64,000 nt of DNA from Promethearchaeota archaeon (GTDB taxonomy: Archaea > Asgardarchaeota > Lokiarchaeia > Sigyniarchaeales > SOKP01): positions 175,285 to 239,284 of the forward strand of contig JAUVNS010000008.1 of NCBI GenBank assembly GCA_030599585.1, in the 5' to 3' direction. Every line of letters begins with the position of its first letter. Position 1 is the stretch's first letter. Below, in pieces: positions 1 through 9,670 of the stretch. The notes under the pieces are model-generated. The model was not told where the DNA came from. It saw only the letters and a program-made list of their open reading frames with translations, and did not search any database. The translations under genes were made by a program, and so were the position numbers.

Positions 1-1
1 A

Positions 2-217
2 GTTTTTATGGGCAAAAGTCCCGATTTAGATGCTATTAGTCATAGAGTTATGGATGCATGGATTGCCTTTGCTCGTACTGGAAACCCAAACCACGAAGGT
101 ATACCTAAGTGGTTGCCATATGATGTTGAAAAGAGGCCGACTATGTTAATAGATCACGAGTTTAAAGTCGTTGAAAAGTTTCTTGATAAAGAACGAGTTG
201 CTTGGGACGATATTTAG
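2..217 (+). CDS. Type-B carboxylesterase, C-terminal fragment (gene starts before the window)
   Basis: MDAWIAFARTGNPN...WLPYD...RPTM matches the C-terminus of COesterase/PnbA-like enzymes; the frame is open back to position 2. Confidence 0.85.
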   Translation, partial: VFMGKSPDLDAISHRVMDAWIAFARTGNPNHEGIPKWLPYDVEKRPTMLIDHEFKVVEKFLDKERVAWDDI

Positions 218-244
218 TAAAACTCAAATTTTTTTTAAATTTTT

Positions 245-1045
245 TTAATCTTTTTTAAGCCATTCTTTAAGTGCTGCTTTAACAGAGCGACGCATTTCTA
301 CTGAATATTCGGCCCCTAGTTTACCAAGATAGAGTTGTTGCCCCATATTTTCTGCTCCTTTCACTACGATTTTTCTCTTGTCATCCTTTAACATGTCCTT
401 AAAATCTTTTTCGCTTAATTTTGAGTATTTATTTGTGAAGAGAATAAATTTTTGAGGAAAGCGTGTTGTGAGGGGGATTTTGTTTTTATCTCCTTTAGGA
501 TAACCATAACAGATCATTGTTATAGGAAATACCCATTTAGGAAGGTCAAACATCTCACGGTGAATTTCGTAGTTTTCCATAATATCTCCAATATAACATG
601 AGCCAATACCTAAAGCTTCAGCGGCGACTACGGAATTTTGAGCAGCAATTAAAGCATCACAACAAGCAAGAAGTAAATCAGATTCTTGAGGTGTTTGGAA
701 CTCTTTACCTATTTCATCACATTTTTCCTTGACTTTACTTACTTCAAAGTAATCCCACCATCGCTGCATGTCAGCTAAAAACAATAAAACTAACGGTGCT
801 TTAGCAATATGAGGTTGATTATCGCAAGTTTTTACTAATTTATCTTTTAGTTTTTGATCACTAACTTGAATCATCGAATACATCATTAAGTTTCCAGCTG
901 TAGGGGCTCTCATTGCTCCTTGGATGATAGCGTCTATTTCATCTTGAGAGAGAGTTTTAGGATTGTACGCACGAATCGTTCTTCTATTTTTTATTAAGTC
1001 TAATGTGTGATTTTTTTGACTTTTCTCATCCATAGTTAATTTCAC
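245..1045 (-). CDS. NADPH-dependent nitroreductase / flavin reductase (NfsA/Frp-like)
   Basis: RRTIRAY, RAPTAGNL, DALIAAQNSVVAAEALGIGSCYIG and GYP motifs. Confidence 0.9.
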   Translation of the reverse strand: MKLTMDEKSQKNHTLDLIKNRRTIRAYNPKTLSQDEIDAIIQGAMRAPTAGNLMMYSMIQVSDQKLKDKLVKTCDNQPHIAKAPLVLLFLADMQRWWDYFEVSKVKEKCDEIGKEFQTPQESDLLLACCDALIAAQNSVVAAEALGIGSCYIGDIMENYEIHREMFDLPKWVFPITMICYGYPKGDKNKIPLTTRFPQKFILFTNKYSKLSEKDFKDMLKDDKRKIVVKGAENMGQQLYLGKLGAEYSVEMRRSVKAALKEWLKKD

Positions 1046-1232
1046 ATTATTTAATATTTAAAAATTTATTTTTTTTTGTTCAACTGTATCCTCAAACATC
1101 TTTAATTCGTAAATCTAAAAATTAGGTAAAGAAGAATTATAGCTCTCTGATTGTTAGATAACTGTACCTCATTCTTTAAAAAGGGACATAAATATTCTAG
1201 ATATAAATACTGACAATAAAAAGGTGTATTGA

Positions 1233-1826
1233 ATGAAATCAAGAAATTATAAAATTAAAGCTAAGCTAAGTTCGGCATTTACCAGCCTTTCCTCATATCT
1301 AATCCTCCTAGTCCAATATGTTCCTGCAACGGGTATATGGTTTGGTATCATGAGTATTCCATTGGTTACCTACATAATCTTCTTTTTCCAGGATCCAAAC
1401 ATTCTTTTTAATGACATTCAATTCTTAACGCGATCTTATGGGTTTTATGTGGTAATATTTGGCTTAATATTTTTTATTTATACTGTTGTTTATCAATTAA
1501 CACATAGGAAACAATTAATGCGAACTGGACCTTATAAATACATTAGACATCCGCAGTATATATCTTTCATTATCATGACTCTAGGTATGACATTAGTAGC
1601 TTTTCAAACATCTCCCATATTCGATTTTATACTTTATAATGTTGAGGGCCATACAATCCTCTTTTTAATCTGGATTGGTGAGGTACTGGCTTATATTGTT
1701 TTAGGCAAGATCGAAGAACTAGCCTTAAAATCTAAATATGGAGATAAATTCTTAGAATATGCAAACGAAGTATCATTTATGATTCCTTTCCTTAAAATTA
1801 ATAAGATAAACCTCAATAAGAAATAA
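1233..1826 (+). CDS. Isoprenylcysteine carboxyl methyltransferase / PEMT-family membrane methyltransferase
   Basis: Multi-TM protein with TGPYKYIRHPQY and a C-terminal EELALKSKYGDKFLEY...FMIP motif. Confidence 0.85.
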   Translation: MKSRNYKIKAKLSSAFTSLSSYLILLVQYVPATGIWFGIMSIPLVTYIIFFFQDPNILFNDIQFLTRSYGFYVVIFGLIFFIYTVVYQLTHRKQLMRTGPYKYIRHPQYISFIIMTLGMTLVAFQTSPIFDFILYNVEGHTILFLIWIGEVLAYIVLGKIEELALKSKYGDKFLEYANEVSFMIPFLKINKINLNKK

Positions 1827-1834
1827 GTAGGAAT

Positions 1835-2539
1835 ATGAAATTTCATAAATTTAAAATATCTTTTTTTTTCAAATTAGGTTTAACTCTTTGCTCTCTTGCT
1901 CTACTCATAATTATCTTCACTTTGTTAATCCTTTTTTTAGAGCCTATATTCGATCCTAGCATTTACTTCATAAGCCAAGTTGTAATCACCCTTCTAATAA
2001 TAACTCTAATTTTTGTTACTGTTTTTACAGTTCTTACAGTTAACGATTATAGGATATATTTTACTAGAAAAAATTATGTAAAACAAGGAAGGTCGTATCT
2101 ATCTCTCGCTGACATCTTTGAAAACGAAAATCGGTTGAAAATTTTGACCCAAATCCTCAATAATCCCGGAATCCATCACAATGAATTGCAAAGATCCTGT
2201 GATTTGCAGAAAGGTCAATTACAGTGGCATTTAGAAACATTATTAAAAAATAACATAATAAAAAAGGAAAAACATGGGCAATATACTATCTATTTTCCAA
2301 TAACATCCTCTTCAGAAGCAATTAACACGTATAAAAATCGATTAAATAAATCAAAGACTACTAAAAATGTGTTTGATATAATTATAAAAAATCCGGGGAT
2401 AAATTCCGCTGAAATCTCTCGTGTGTTAAACCTTTCCCGTAATTCCATTAAATACCATGTTGATAAGTTAATTGAAAAGCAACTAATCAAGTTAGAAAAA
2501 AAAGGACATACCTTCGAATTATATGAATCCAATCCTTAA
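1835..2539 (+). CDS. Membrane-anchored transcriptional regulator with two winged-HTH domains
   Basis: Two N-terminal hydrophobic helices, then NENRLKIL..I..NPGIHHNEL...LQWHL and a second NPGINSAEISR..LSRNSIKYHV repeat. Confidence 0.8.
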   Translation: MKFHKFKISFFFKLGLTLCSLALLIIIFTLLILFLEPIFDPSIYFISQVVITLLIITLIFVTVFTVLTVNDYRIYFTRKNYVKQGRSYLSLADIFENENRLKILTQILNNPGIHHNELQRSCDLQKGQLQWHLETLLKNNIIKKEKHGQYTIYFPITSSSEAINTYKNRLNKSKTTKNVFDIIIKNPGINSAEISRVLNLSRNSIKYHVDKLIEKQLIKLEKKGHTFELYESNP

Positions 2540-2888
2540 GATAGTAATTTAAGAAATCTCAGCATCATTTTTAATTCTTGTTGGTTGATTTCGGCAATAG
2601 ATATTCTCATTCTTTTCCAAATAGTATTTCCAATTTTCTTATATTTAATGGGTTTAATATATTCTCCAATACAAATATCAGCAGAAAAGCGAAAAAAATT
2701 GGAACCCAAAATTAAAGACAAGATGAACCAAGGGGGAGTAATATACTATGATAACAATGTGGATTATGAATGATTAGTGATTAAAACTGTGAAAGAAACT
2801 ATGAAACCTAAGGATATTTATATGAATAAAAATAATACTTTTTAACAATTAATATTAGAATTTAAAAATAAAAAAATTGGTTTAAAAT

Positions 2889-4316
2889 ATGTCAAAAAAA
2901 GAAGAACTTTCCGAGTGGAAAATCGCACCTACAAAGAAGATGGCTGGCTATGGCTTCGGTTATATCATTGTGAATTATTTATTACTGTATGGATTATCTT
3001 CAATGGACTTTTTTTACCGAAATGTAATTGGTCTTAGTGCTGAACTAATTCTAGCGGCGATGATTATATTTGCAATATGGAATATGATCAATGATCCATT
3101 ATTAGGCTTTTTAACTGATAGACCAATGAAATGGACTAAAAAAAGGGGATTACGAGCACCTTGGGTTGTACTTATGACTGCTCCAATGTTGATATTTTTC
3201 ATACTTATCTGGACGGCACCAGTAGCAACTGGGGATGGAATGAATAGTCTCATATACTTGCTTGTTATTGTAAGCCTATTCGATTCATTTTTCTCAATTT
3301 ACAATGGCCATCTATATGGCGGATACACTAACCAATTTCCTTCAAAGTTCGAGCGTAGGAAATCGTTTATGTTAATGACAGTGATGTTGTTTATAACGCT
3401 TATTGTTTTGCAGGTTGTGCAATCACTTATTTTAGAAGCAGGGGAGATAGAGCAGCAACCGTATATCACTAATTCAATAGTAATGGTGATAATATTGGCC
3501 ATTTTCACTGTCCCTACTATAAAGTTTGGAATTGGTGAATCAGAAGAAATGAAATCGATGTTCATTGAAAAATATGAATCTGCTGAAAAAGCCAGTTTCA
3601 TGGAAGTGGTAAAAACAGCTCTTAAAACAAAGAACTTCCGGATTTCGCTCCTTGGGTACACTATTCAAGTAACAGCGACAACTTTATGGAATGCAGCTCA
3701 ACTTTACTTCTTTAATGATGTCTATGGAATAGGTATCGGTGCACAAAGAATACCACTATTGCTTAGTATTATAGCTGCTATTGCTTCGATCCCGTTCTGG
3801 TCTAATTTTACTAGAAAAGGTAATTTCAAGAGAACTTATTGGGTTGCATTTTTGTTACATGGTATTGCGTATCTACCTTTTATGGCTATGTTAGCTATAC
3901 CTTACGGATCAGGAACATTAACTATAATGCATACAGTATTTTTATTTATCAATAATATATTTTTCGCAGGCGAGGTCACTATGTTGATGCCGGTGGCAGC
4001 AGACACATATGACGAAGTAGCAATTAAATTAGGAAAACGAGCTGATGCCACATTCGTGGGGATTCGGAGCTTTTTCTTCCGTATAGCGTTTCTCGTACAG
4101 GCACTAGTGTTCTTTATAGTATTAACTTCTACGGGTTATGTTCCCGCCGCCCTAACTCAATCTGAGCCAACTAAAGTGGGAATTATGGTAATGGGGGCAT
4201 TGATTCCGAGTATTTTATTCATTGTGATGTCCCAGATATTTAGAAAATACTATACTCTTGAAGGAAAAGAAAAAGACGACATGATCAAAGCTCTTAAAGA
4301 AGCTGGTTTATACTAA
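2889..4316 (+). CDS. MFS transporter, GPH (Na+/melibiose-like, MFS_2) family
   Basis: About 12 TM segments; WNMINDPLLGFLTDR...GLRAPW, ADTYDE...GKRADATFVG, YTLEG near the C-terminus. Confidence 0.9.
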   Translation: MSKKEELSEWKIAPTKKMAGYGFGYIIVNYLLLYGLSSMDFFYRNVIGLSAELILAAMIIFAIWNMINDPLLGFLTDRPMKWTKKRGLRAPWVVLMTAPMLIFFILIWTAPVATGDGMNSLIYLLVIVSLFDSFFSIYNGHLYGGYTNQFPSKFERRKSFMLMTVMLFITLIVLQVVQSLILEAGEIEQQPYITNSIVMVIILAIFTVPTIKFGIGESEEMKSMFIEKYESAEKASFMEVVKTALKTKNFRISLLGYTIQVTATTLWNAAQLYFFNDVYGIGIGAQRIPLLLSIIAAIASIPFWSNFTRKGNFKRTYWVAFLLHGIAYLPFMAMLAIPYGSGTLTIMHTVFLFINNIFFAGEVTMLMPVAADTYDEVAIKLGKRADATFVGIRSFFFRIAFLVQALVFFIVLTSTGYVPAALTQSEPTKVGIMVMGALIPSILFIVMSQIFRKYYTLEGKEKDDMIKALKEAGLY

Positions 4317-4355
4317 ATTCATAGATTGCAAAATTAAAACGATGCGTGATAAAAA

Positions 4356-4778
4356 ATGTCGATAGACACTCCTAAAAAACCAAGACTCAAGGGTTTTGCC
4401 AAGTTCATAGGAAGTTTAGTTAATATATCCATGGGAAAACAAGAATGCCAAGATTTCGTTCAAGCACAAAAGACCCGGGTTCTTTTAAGTAATCTACAAG
4501 ATAAAAAATGGGCTGCATTGGTCTCGGTTATTAACGATTGTGTTACAGTTGAAGGGATAGAAAAGGGTCCAGATTTCGATATAAAAAAAGTGGGTAAAAA
4601 TCTTAGAGCATGGGCTTGGTGGGAAATTCCATCAACCGAAACAATGGTAGATGCAAAAAACTGGAAATCTGGGAAATGGATACTTAAAATGGGAGGAAAG
4701 AAAACAAAAGGAGCCTCACAAATAGCGATTATTGCTCAAGTTCTATCGTATGCTCGTTCATCTGAATCATCTGAATAA
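4356..4778 (+). CDS. Hypothetical protein, possibly SCP2 sterol/lipid-carrier-like fold
   Basis: Alpha/beta pattern (RVLL..., AALVSV..CVTVEG..., C-terminal KTKG..IAIIAQVL) reminiscent of SCP2 domains; GTGA-type RBS upstream. Confidence 0.45.
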   Translation: MSIDTPKKPRLKGFAKFIGSLVNISMGKQECQDFVQAQKTRVLLSNLQDKKWAALVSVINDCVTVEGIEKGPDFDIKKVGKNLRAWAWWEIPSTETMVDAKNWKSGKWILKMGGKKTKGASQIAIIAQVLSYARSSESSE

Positions 4779-4910
4779 AGGGTATTAAAATTTATAACTT
4801 CTATTTTTTTTTTTTAATTTTTTTAATAACTGATGTTTAACCACATTTGGTTTGCTTTAATGGTTATATATTTCTACTTGCTGATATTTGGGTATTTTTA
4901 AATCTTAATC

Positions 4911-5789
4911 CTATGAGAGTAATTTTGGAAATCTTTGCTTCATTGATAATTCTTTCTGGATGATTTCATTTAGTAATTCTTCTCTCTCTTTACCAGCAAG
5001 TATTTCCAATTTTCTAATTTTTAAGGGATCAACTTTTTCTCTCAATACACTAATCTCTTTTATTGTTGGAGGATTTGTCTCTTGAATATTCTTAGGGATG
5101 ACCAAATCAAACCCAGTTGATTCTTTAACATCCTCGATATCAACGCCAGGATGAGTTGATGCTAACCTCATACGCTTGGTTTTTTCATCAAAATCCAAAT
5201 AGGCTAAATTAGAAATCATACATTGCGGTCCCGCTCCACCACAAATAGAAGGATTACCATCAGGGAAGCCAACGCCGGAAATAAAATCTAATTTTTCGGT
5301 TGGAACAAATGTTCGTGAATCGTGACGAGGAGTGTACAGAAATGATCCTCGGGCGTAGAACATACTAAAGTCAGCTATCCCAGCACAACCCGGTAATCTT
5401 ATTTTTGGTTTATTCCAATCTCCAATACAAATATTATTCGTATTGCCGTATTGATCTATTTGTGCCGGTCTAAAGAACTCAATCGTAGTAAGTTTATCCG
5501 AAGGAAGAGACTCTAACGTACATTCCCCGGAATTTTGAAAGCGATAAGCTCTAGCGGTATTCATTTCTAAATAGAGCAGAGAGACTTGGCGAGGTTCGAA
5601 CACAAAAGTATTCCCCATAATATAATGATAAATGGCGTTTGGTGCGTGTGTCATTTTTGCTAAAGTAAATGCTGCCCATACGCAGGGAGTTGCAACTCCA
5701 ACGATCATAACGTCATCATCTTGAACTTCTCTAGCCATTAAAACTGTAATCATTTCGTCTACGGTATAATCTTTAGAAGTCTCACCCAT
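4911..5789 (-). CDS. CoA-transferase family I beta subunit (GctB/IpdB-like)
   Basis: AQIDQYGNTN, RLPGCAG, LDFISGVG, MRLASTHPGV...VKESTGFDL, PPT..E...LREKVDP. Confidence 0.88.
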   Translation of the reverse strand: MGETSKDYTVDEMITVLMAREVQDDDVMIVGVATPCVWAAFTLAKMTHAPNAIYHYIMGNTFVFEPRQVSLLYLEMNTARAYRFQNSGECTLESLPSDKLTTIEFFRPAQIDQYGNTNNICIGDWNKPKIRLPGCAGIADFSMFYARGSFLYTPRHDSRTFVPTEKLDFISGVGFPDGNPSICGGAGPQCMISNLAYLDFDEKTKRMRLASTHPGVDIEDVKESTGFDLVIPKNIQETNPPTIKEISVLREKVDPLKIRKLEILAGKEREELLNEIIQKELSMKQRFPKLLS

Positions 5790-5962
5790 TTCTTTCCACT
5801 TTTCTTAGAGTATTATATTTTTTTAATCGAGAATTCTAGTGTTATATTTATTTGGTAATAAGAAAACATTTAAGATTTTCTAAGAGTCTAATCTGAAAAT
5901 AATCATAAAGGTGTTGAAAAAAGTAAAAATTGAAAAGTTATTCGATATTTTTCTTTGTAATT

Positions 5963-6574
5963 ATGTACATTGTCTGTTTTGATTTAGAAGGCGTTTTCAC
6001 TCCTGAAGTATGGATTGCGGTAAGTAAAGCTACTGGAATTGATGAACTTAAATTAACTACACGAGATATTTCTGATTATGATATCCTTATGAAAAATCGC
6101 ATCGCAATATTAAAAAAAAACAATATCACTCTTAAAGAAATACAAGAGATTATTTCGAAAATGGATTTATTACCTGGTGCAAAGGAATTTTTGGATTATA
6201 TTCGTTCTGTAGCCCAAGTAGTTATTGTAACTGATAGTTTTATTGATTTTGTAATACCTTTTATGAAAAAACTGGGTTTTCCTATGTGTTTTTGCCACAA
6301 TCTTGAAATAAATAAAGAAGGTATTATTACTGATTATAAAATTCGTATTAGTGAGATGAAAAAAAAGACAGTTTTAGCTCTCAAAAAGTTAAATTACGAA
6401 GTGATTGCGGCAGGGGATTCGTATAATGATGTATCCATGTTATTAGAAGCAAAACATGGTATTCTGTTTAGACCACCAAAAAATGTGGTCGAACAATTTC
6501 CAGAACTCCCGGTTGTTAATGAATACGATGAATTAAAAGATTTGATTTCTAAATATTTAGGGTTTTCCGATTAG
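5963..6574 (+). CDS. thrH: Bifunctional phosphoserine phosphatase / homoserine phosphotransferase
   Basis: HAD motif CFDLEGVFTPEVW, TTRDISDYD.LM..RI, AAGDSYND.SML; ATG at 5963 matches the family N-terminus. Confidence 0.92.
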   Translation: MYIVCFDLEGVFTPEVWIAVSKATGIDELKLTTRDISDYDILMKNRIAILKKNNITLKEIQEIISKMDLLPGAKEFLDYIRSVAQVVIVTDSFIDFVIPFMKKLGFPMCFCHNLEINKEGIITDYKIRISEMKKKTVLALKKLNYEVIAAGDSYNDVSMLLEAKHGILFRPPKNVVEQFPELPVVNEYDELKDLISKYLGFSD

Positions 6575-6589
6575 GTTATAAATCGCGCT

Positions 6590-7948
6590 CTAATCTTGAA
6601 AATCTTCTAATAAATATTCTTTAAAATCCGTATAATTGATAATTTCTTTTGGGTTTGGAAATTCGGATTTATCTTGTATTACTTTTAACGAATATGGCAT
6701 TTTTGGAACGATGTCGATTAATTTGATTATTTCTTCAGGAAATTTTGAAGGATTAGCAGTTTCAAAAGTTAATGATTTAATATCATTATTCTTCGGATAA
6801 CTATCACGATATAGCTGGAGCGCAGCCCACCCAACAGCTCCGTGAGGTTCAATTATTTTTTTATATTTATTATAAAAATTAACTATTGCATCTTTAGTTG
6901 CTCCATCGCTTATAGAATATGAAACAACTTCATTACGAAGCTCTTCCATGTTTGGTATTTTATGTATTACTCCTTTCTCGTCTATTTTACCTCCATAAAG
7001 ATCAAAGATTCTTGCTAAATTTGAAGGATGACCAACATTCATAGCATTAGATATGCAGTTTATTGATGGATCGACTTTAGTATAAACTCCCGTTTTTAGA
7101 AATTTTGGAAATTCGTTGTTTTCATTTACAGCTGAGATAAATCTCTTTATAGGAAGCCCCATTTTTTTAGCAATTAGACCTCCGGTAAGATTTCCAAAAT
7201 TCCCTGAAGGAACAGAAAATATGACCTTTTCGTTCTTTTTATCTACAATTCTGGAGTATCCCCAGAAATAATAAAGCGTTTGAGGTATCAAACGACCAAA
7301 ATTTATAGAATTCGCTGATGACAAATTTATATGGTTTAACTCTTTATCGCCGAAAGCACTTTTTACTAACTTTTGACAATCATCAAATTTACCCTTTATT
7401 CCAATGGCAGTTATATTTTCACCCAGTGTCGTCATTTGTTTTCTTTGTAAGTTACTGACTTCGTTTTTTGGAAATAATACTACAACTTTAATTCTATACA
7501 TTTTATAAAATGCTTGAGCGACAGCACCTCCTGTATCTCCTGAGGTCGCCGTTAAGATTGTGATATTCTTATCATCTACTTCGAGAAAATGTTCCATTAT
7601 TCTTGCTAACGTTCTTGCTCCAAAATCTTTGAAGCTACATGTAGGACCACGATCTAAATAGCATATATAATCATTATTAACAATATTTTCTATAGCTATT
7701 TCAAAATTTAAGGCATTATTTACGATTTGCTGAAGCTTCTCTTGCGATATGATTTTTCCAATGAATTTTGCAATTATAATATTAGCAATATCAACAAAAT
7801 CCATGTTTTTGAACGAATCAATCGTATCATTAGTCAGTCTTGGAATTTTATTTAGCATATATAATCCATTGTCTATAGCTTGGCCTTGTAAAACAGCAGT
7901 TTTGAAATCTACATCGTCTGAATTATAATTTGTTGAGTGAAAACTCGT
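6590..7948 (-). CDS. thrC: Threonine synthase (long bacterial/fungal-type), probable ACG start at 7948
   Basis: GPTCSFKDFGAR (PLP lysine), TATSGDTGGAVA, SANSINFGR, VPSGNFGN, ETANPSKF. The conserved N-terminus (FHSTN...VDFKTAVLQGQAIDNGLY) lies upstream of the first ATG (7858). Confidence 0.92.
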   Translation of the reverse strand, partial: TSFHSTNYNSDDVDFKTAVLQGQAIDNGLYMLNKIPRLTNDTIDSFKNMDFVDIANIIIAKFIGKIISQEKLQQIVNNALNFEIAIENIVNNDYICYLDRGPTCSFKDFGARTLARIMEHFLEVDDKNITILTATSGDTGGAVAQAFYKMYRIKVVVLFPKNEVSNLQRKQMTTLGENITAIGIKGKFDDCQKLVKSAFGDKELNHINLSSANSINFGRLIPQTLYYFWGYSRIVDKKNEKVIFSVPSGNFGNLTGGLIAKKMGLPIKRFISAVNENNEFPKFLKTGVYTKVDPSINCISNAMNVGHPSNLARIFDLYGGKIDEKGVIHKIPNMEELRNEVVSYSISDGATKDAIVNFYNKYKKIIEPHGAVGWAALQLYRDSYPKNNDIKSLTFETANPSKFPEEIIKLIDIVPKMPYSLKVIQDKSEFPNPKEIINYTDFKEYLLEDFQD

Positions 7949-7949
7949 C

Positions 7950-8972
7950 TCAAAAACCTCTTCTTTTTTTGACTATACTAATAAGATCGTTTAATATAGC
8001 AGATGCTGCTTCAAAACCGCCAGCTCCCTTCCCTATTAAAATTATGGATCCCGCGTACTTGGTTTGAAGTTCAATTAGGTTCAATGTTCCTTGAACATTT
8101 AGAGGTGAATCTCTTTTAACCAACCTTGGCTCTACAGTTAAATTATTATCTTTAGCAATAGCTAGATGTTTTATTACATAACCATCTAATTTTGCTAGTT
8201 CCAATGCATGTGGCGTGATTTTAGTAATTCCTTTAATCCTTACATCTTCAATAGATTTTGACCATCCAAGTAACTCGTTTGATAGAATTACTAGTTTCCC
8301 AGCTGCGTCATAACCATTAATATCTAAACTTGGATCCGTTTCTGCATATCCTAATTCTTGCGCCTCTTTTAAAGCTACTGAAAAAGAAATCCCTTCAGCT
8401 GTCATTCGACTTAGAATATAGTTATTTGTCCCATTTAATATTGCTCTAATTCGAGAGATTGTATTTCCTATAAGACTTTCTTTAATTGATAAAGCAGGAA
8501 CGCAACTTGCAACCGTTGCTTCAAATTTAACTAAACAATTCATCTTTTCAGCTAAATTTTGTATATTAGTGTACTGTAAATAAAACGGTGCTTTATTTGA
8601 TGAAATTACATTGATACTATTCTTTAATGCTTCTATAATGTGCGATAATGCGGGTTCTCCAGTATTTGGGTTAGTTGGTGTAGTTTCAATACATATTTCT
8701 ATATCTAAAGTAGAAATTAAATCCTGAGCTTTCACATTACTTGTCCAATATTGATTTTTTCTTAAATTATTGTAATCCTCCAATACATTATCTAAATTTA
8801 TTCCAGCGTTATTAATCAGAGCGCCGTCGTGTTCGAAAATGGCAACTAATTTGAAATTGAAATTAAAGTTAGCTCTAATATAATCTCGTTTTTCTTTTAA
8901 TAACTGAAGAAAGCGTGTTCCAACATTTCCCATTCCAATTAAACAGATTTTCACTTCCATATCTTTACACAT
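7950..8972 (-). CDS. hom: Homoserine dehydrogenase (archaeal type, no fused ACT domain)
   Basis: IGMGNVG, SSNKAP, FEATV, ILNGTNNYILSRM, AQELGYAETDPSLDING.DAAGK, GKGAGG.EAASA. Confidence 0.95.
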   Translation of the reverse strand: MCKDMEVKICLIGMGNVGTRFLQLLKEKRDYIRANFNFNFKLVAIFEHDGALINNAGINLDNVLEDYNNLRKNQYWTSNVKAQDLISTLDIEICIETTPTNPNTGEPALSHIIEALKNSINVISSNKAPFYLQYTNIQNLAEKMNCLVKFEATVASCVPALSIKESLIGNTISRIRAILNGTNNYILSRMTAEGISFSVALKEAQELGYAETDPSLDINGYDAAGKLVILSNELLGWSKSIEDVRIKGITKITPHALELAKLDGYVIKHLAIAKDNNLTVEPRLVKRDSPLNVQGTLNLIELQTKYAGSIILIGKGAGGFEAASAILNDLISIVKKRRGF

Positions 8973-8982
8973 AACTGATTTA

Positions 8983-9474
8983 TTATGATCGTATCAAAAA
9001 GAGATTTTTCTCTTTACATATTTTTTCAATTTCAGTTGTTAGTTCAAATTTTGTCATAACTTCAGGAAATTCTGCTTTCATCATAACGCTACTTATTTCA
9101 TCAACTTCAGTAAACTTAGCGTGTAATTCAAGAACTTTAATGCTCTTGGAATCCAATCGTTTAATGGTTTCTGTTATATCTGAGTCGAAAACGTGCCCAG
9201 TTAAAATGAAAGTCAAGATTTTATTTTTAGAGTTAACAGAAATCTTGGTGAGTTGTATATTATTTTCGGTTAAATTTTTTTTTATGTTTTCTAGCGATAT
9301 TTCAATTAGTTCTTCACTTAATTCAAACCAAATATCAACTGGAATCATGTTATTAAGTTTTTTATCATGATGGTGTAATACACCATGGATATTTCCCCCA
9401 TTTTGGGAGATTGGTTTTATTAATTCAATTAAGCTTCCCGGAATATCCGGTAATTTAACTTCTAAGTAAATCAT
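8983..9474 (-). CDS. ACT-domain protein, probable allosteric subunit of homoserine dehydrogenase
   Basis: LPDIPGSL...IKPISQNGGNI..VLH and ILTGHVFDSDITETI; lies 10 bp upstream of hom, as in archaeal hom operons. Confidence 0.85.
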   Translation of the reverse strand: MIYLEVKLPDIPGSLIELIKPISQNGGNIHGVLHHHDKKLNNMIPVDIWFELSEELIEISLENIKKNLTENNIQLTKISVNSKNKILTFILTGHVFDSDITETIKRLDSKSIKVLELHAKFTEVDEISSVMMKAEFPEVMTKFELTTEIEKICKEKNLFLIRS

Positions 9475-9670
9475 TTTTGAAATAAGTCCTTTTTTTTTTT
9501 AGAAATATATTTAACAACCAATTTCATAGATAAAAATGTATCTGGTTTACAACTACCGTATCAAAGGACACTTTTTAATTTTTCTACTAATTAATTGTAA
9601 TTGAAATACTTGAAAAAATGATCAATCTCTTTTTAAACTATAATTACAAACTTAAAGCTGGGCTATGTCG

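Noticed and set aside
2771-2773. Selenocysteine read-through at TGA
   Set aside because: No redox motif context and no recognisable SECIS downstream.
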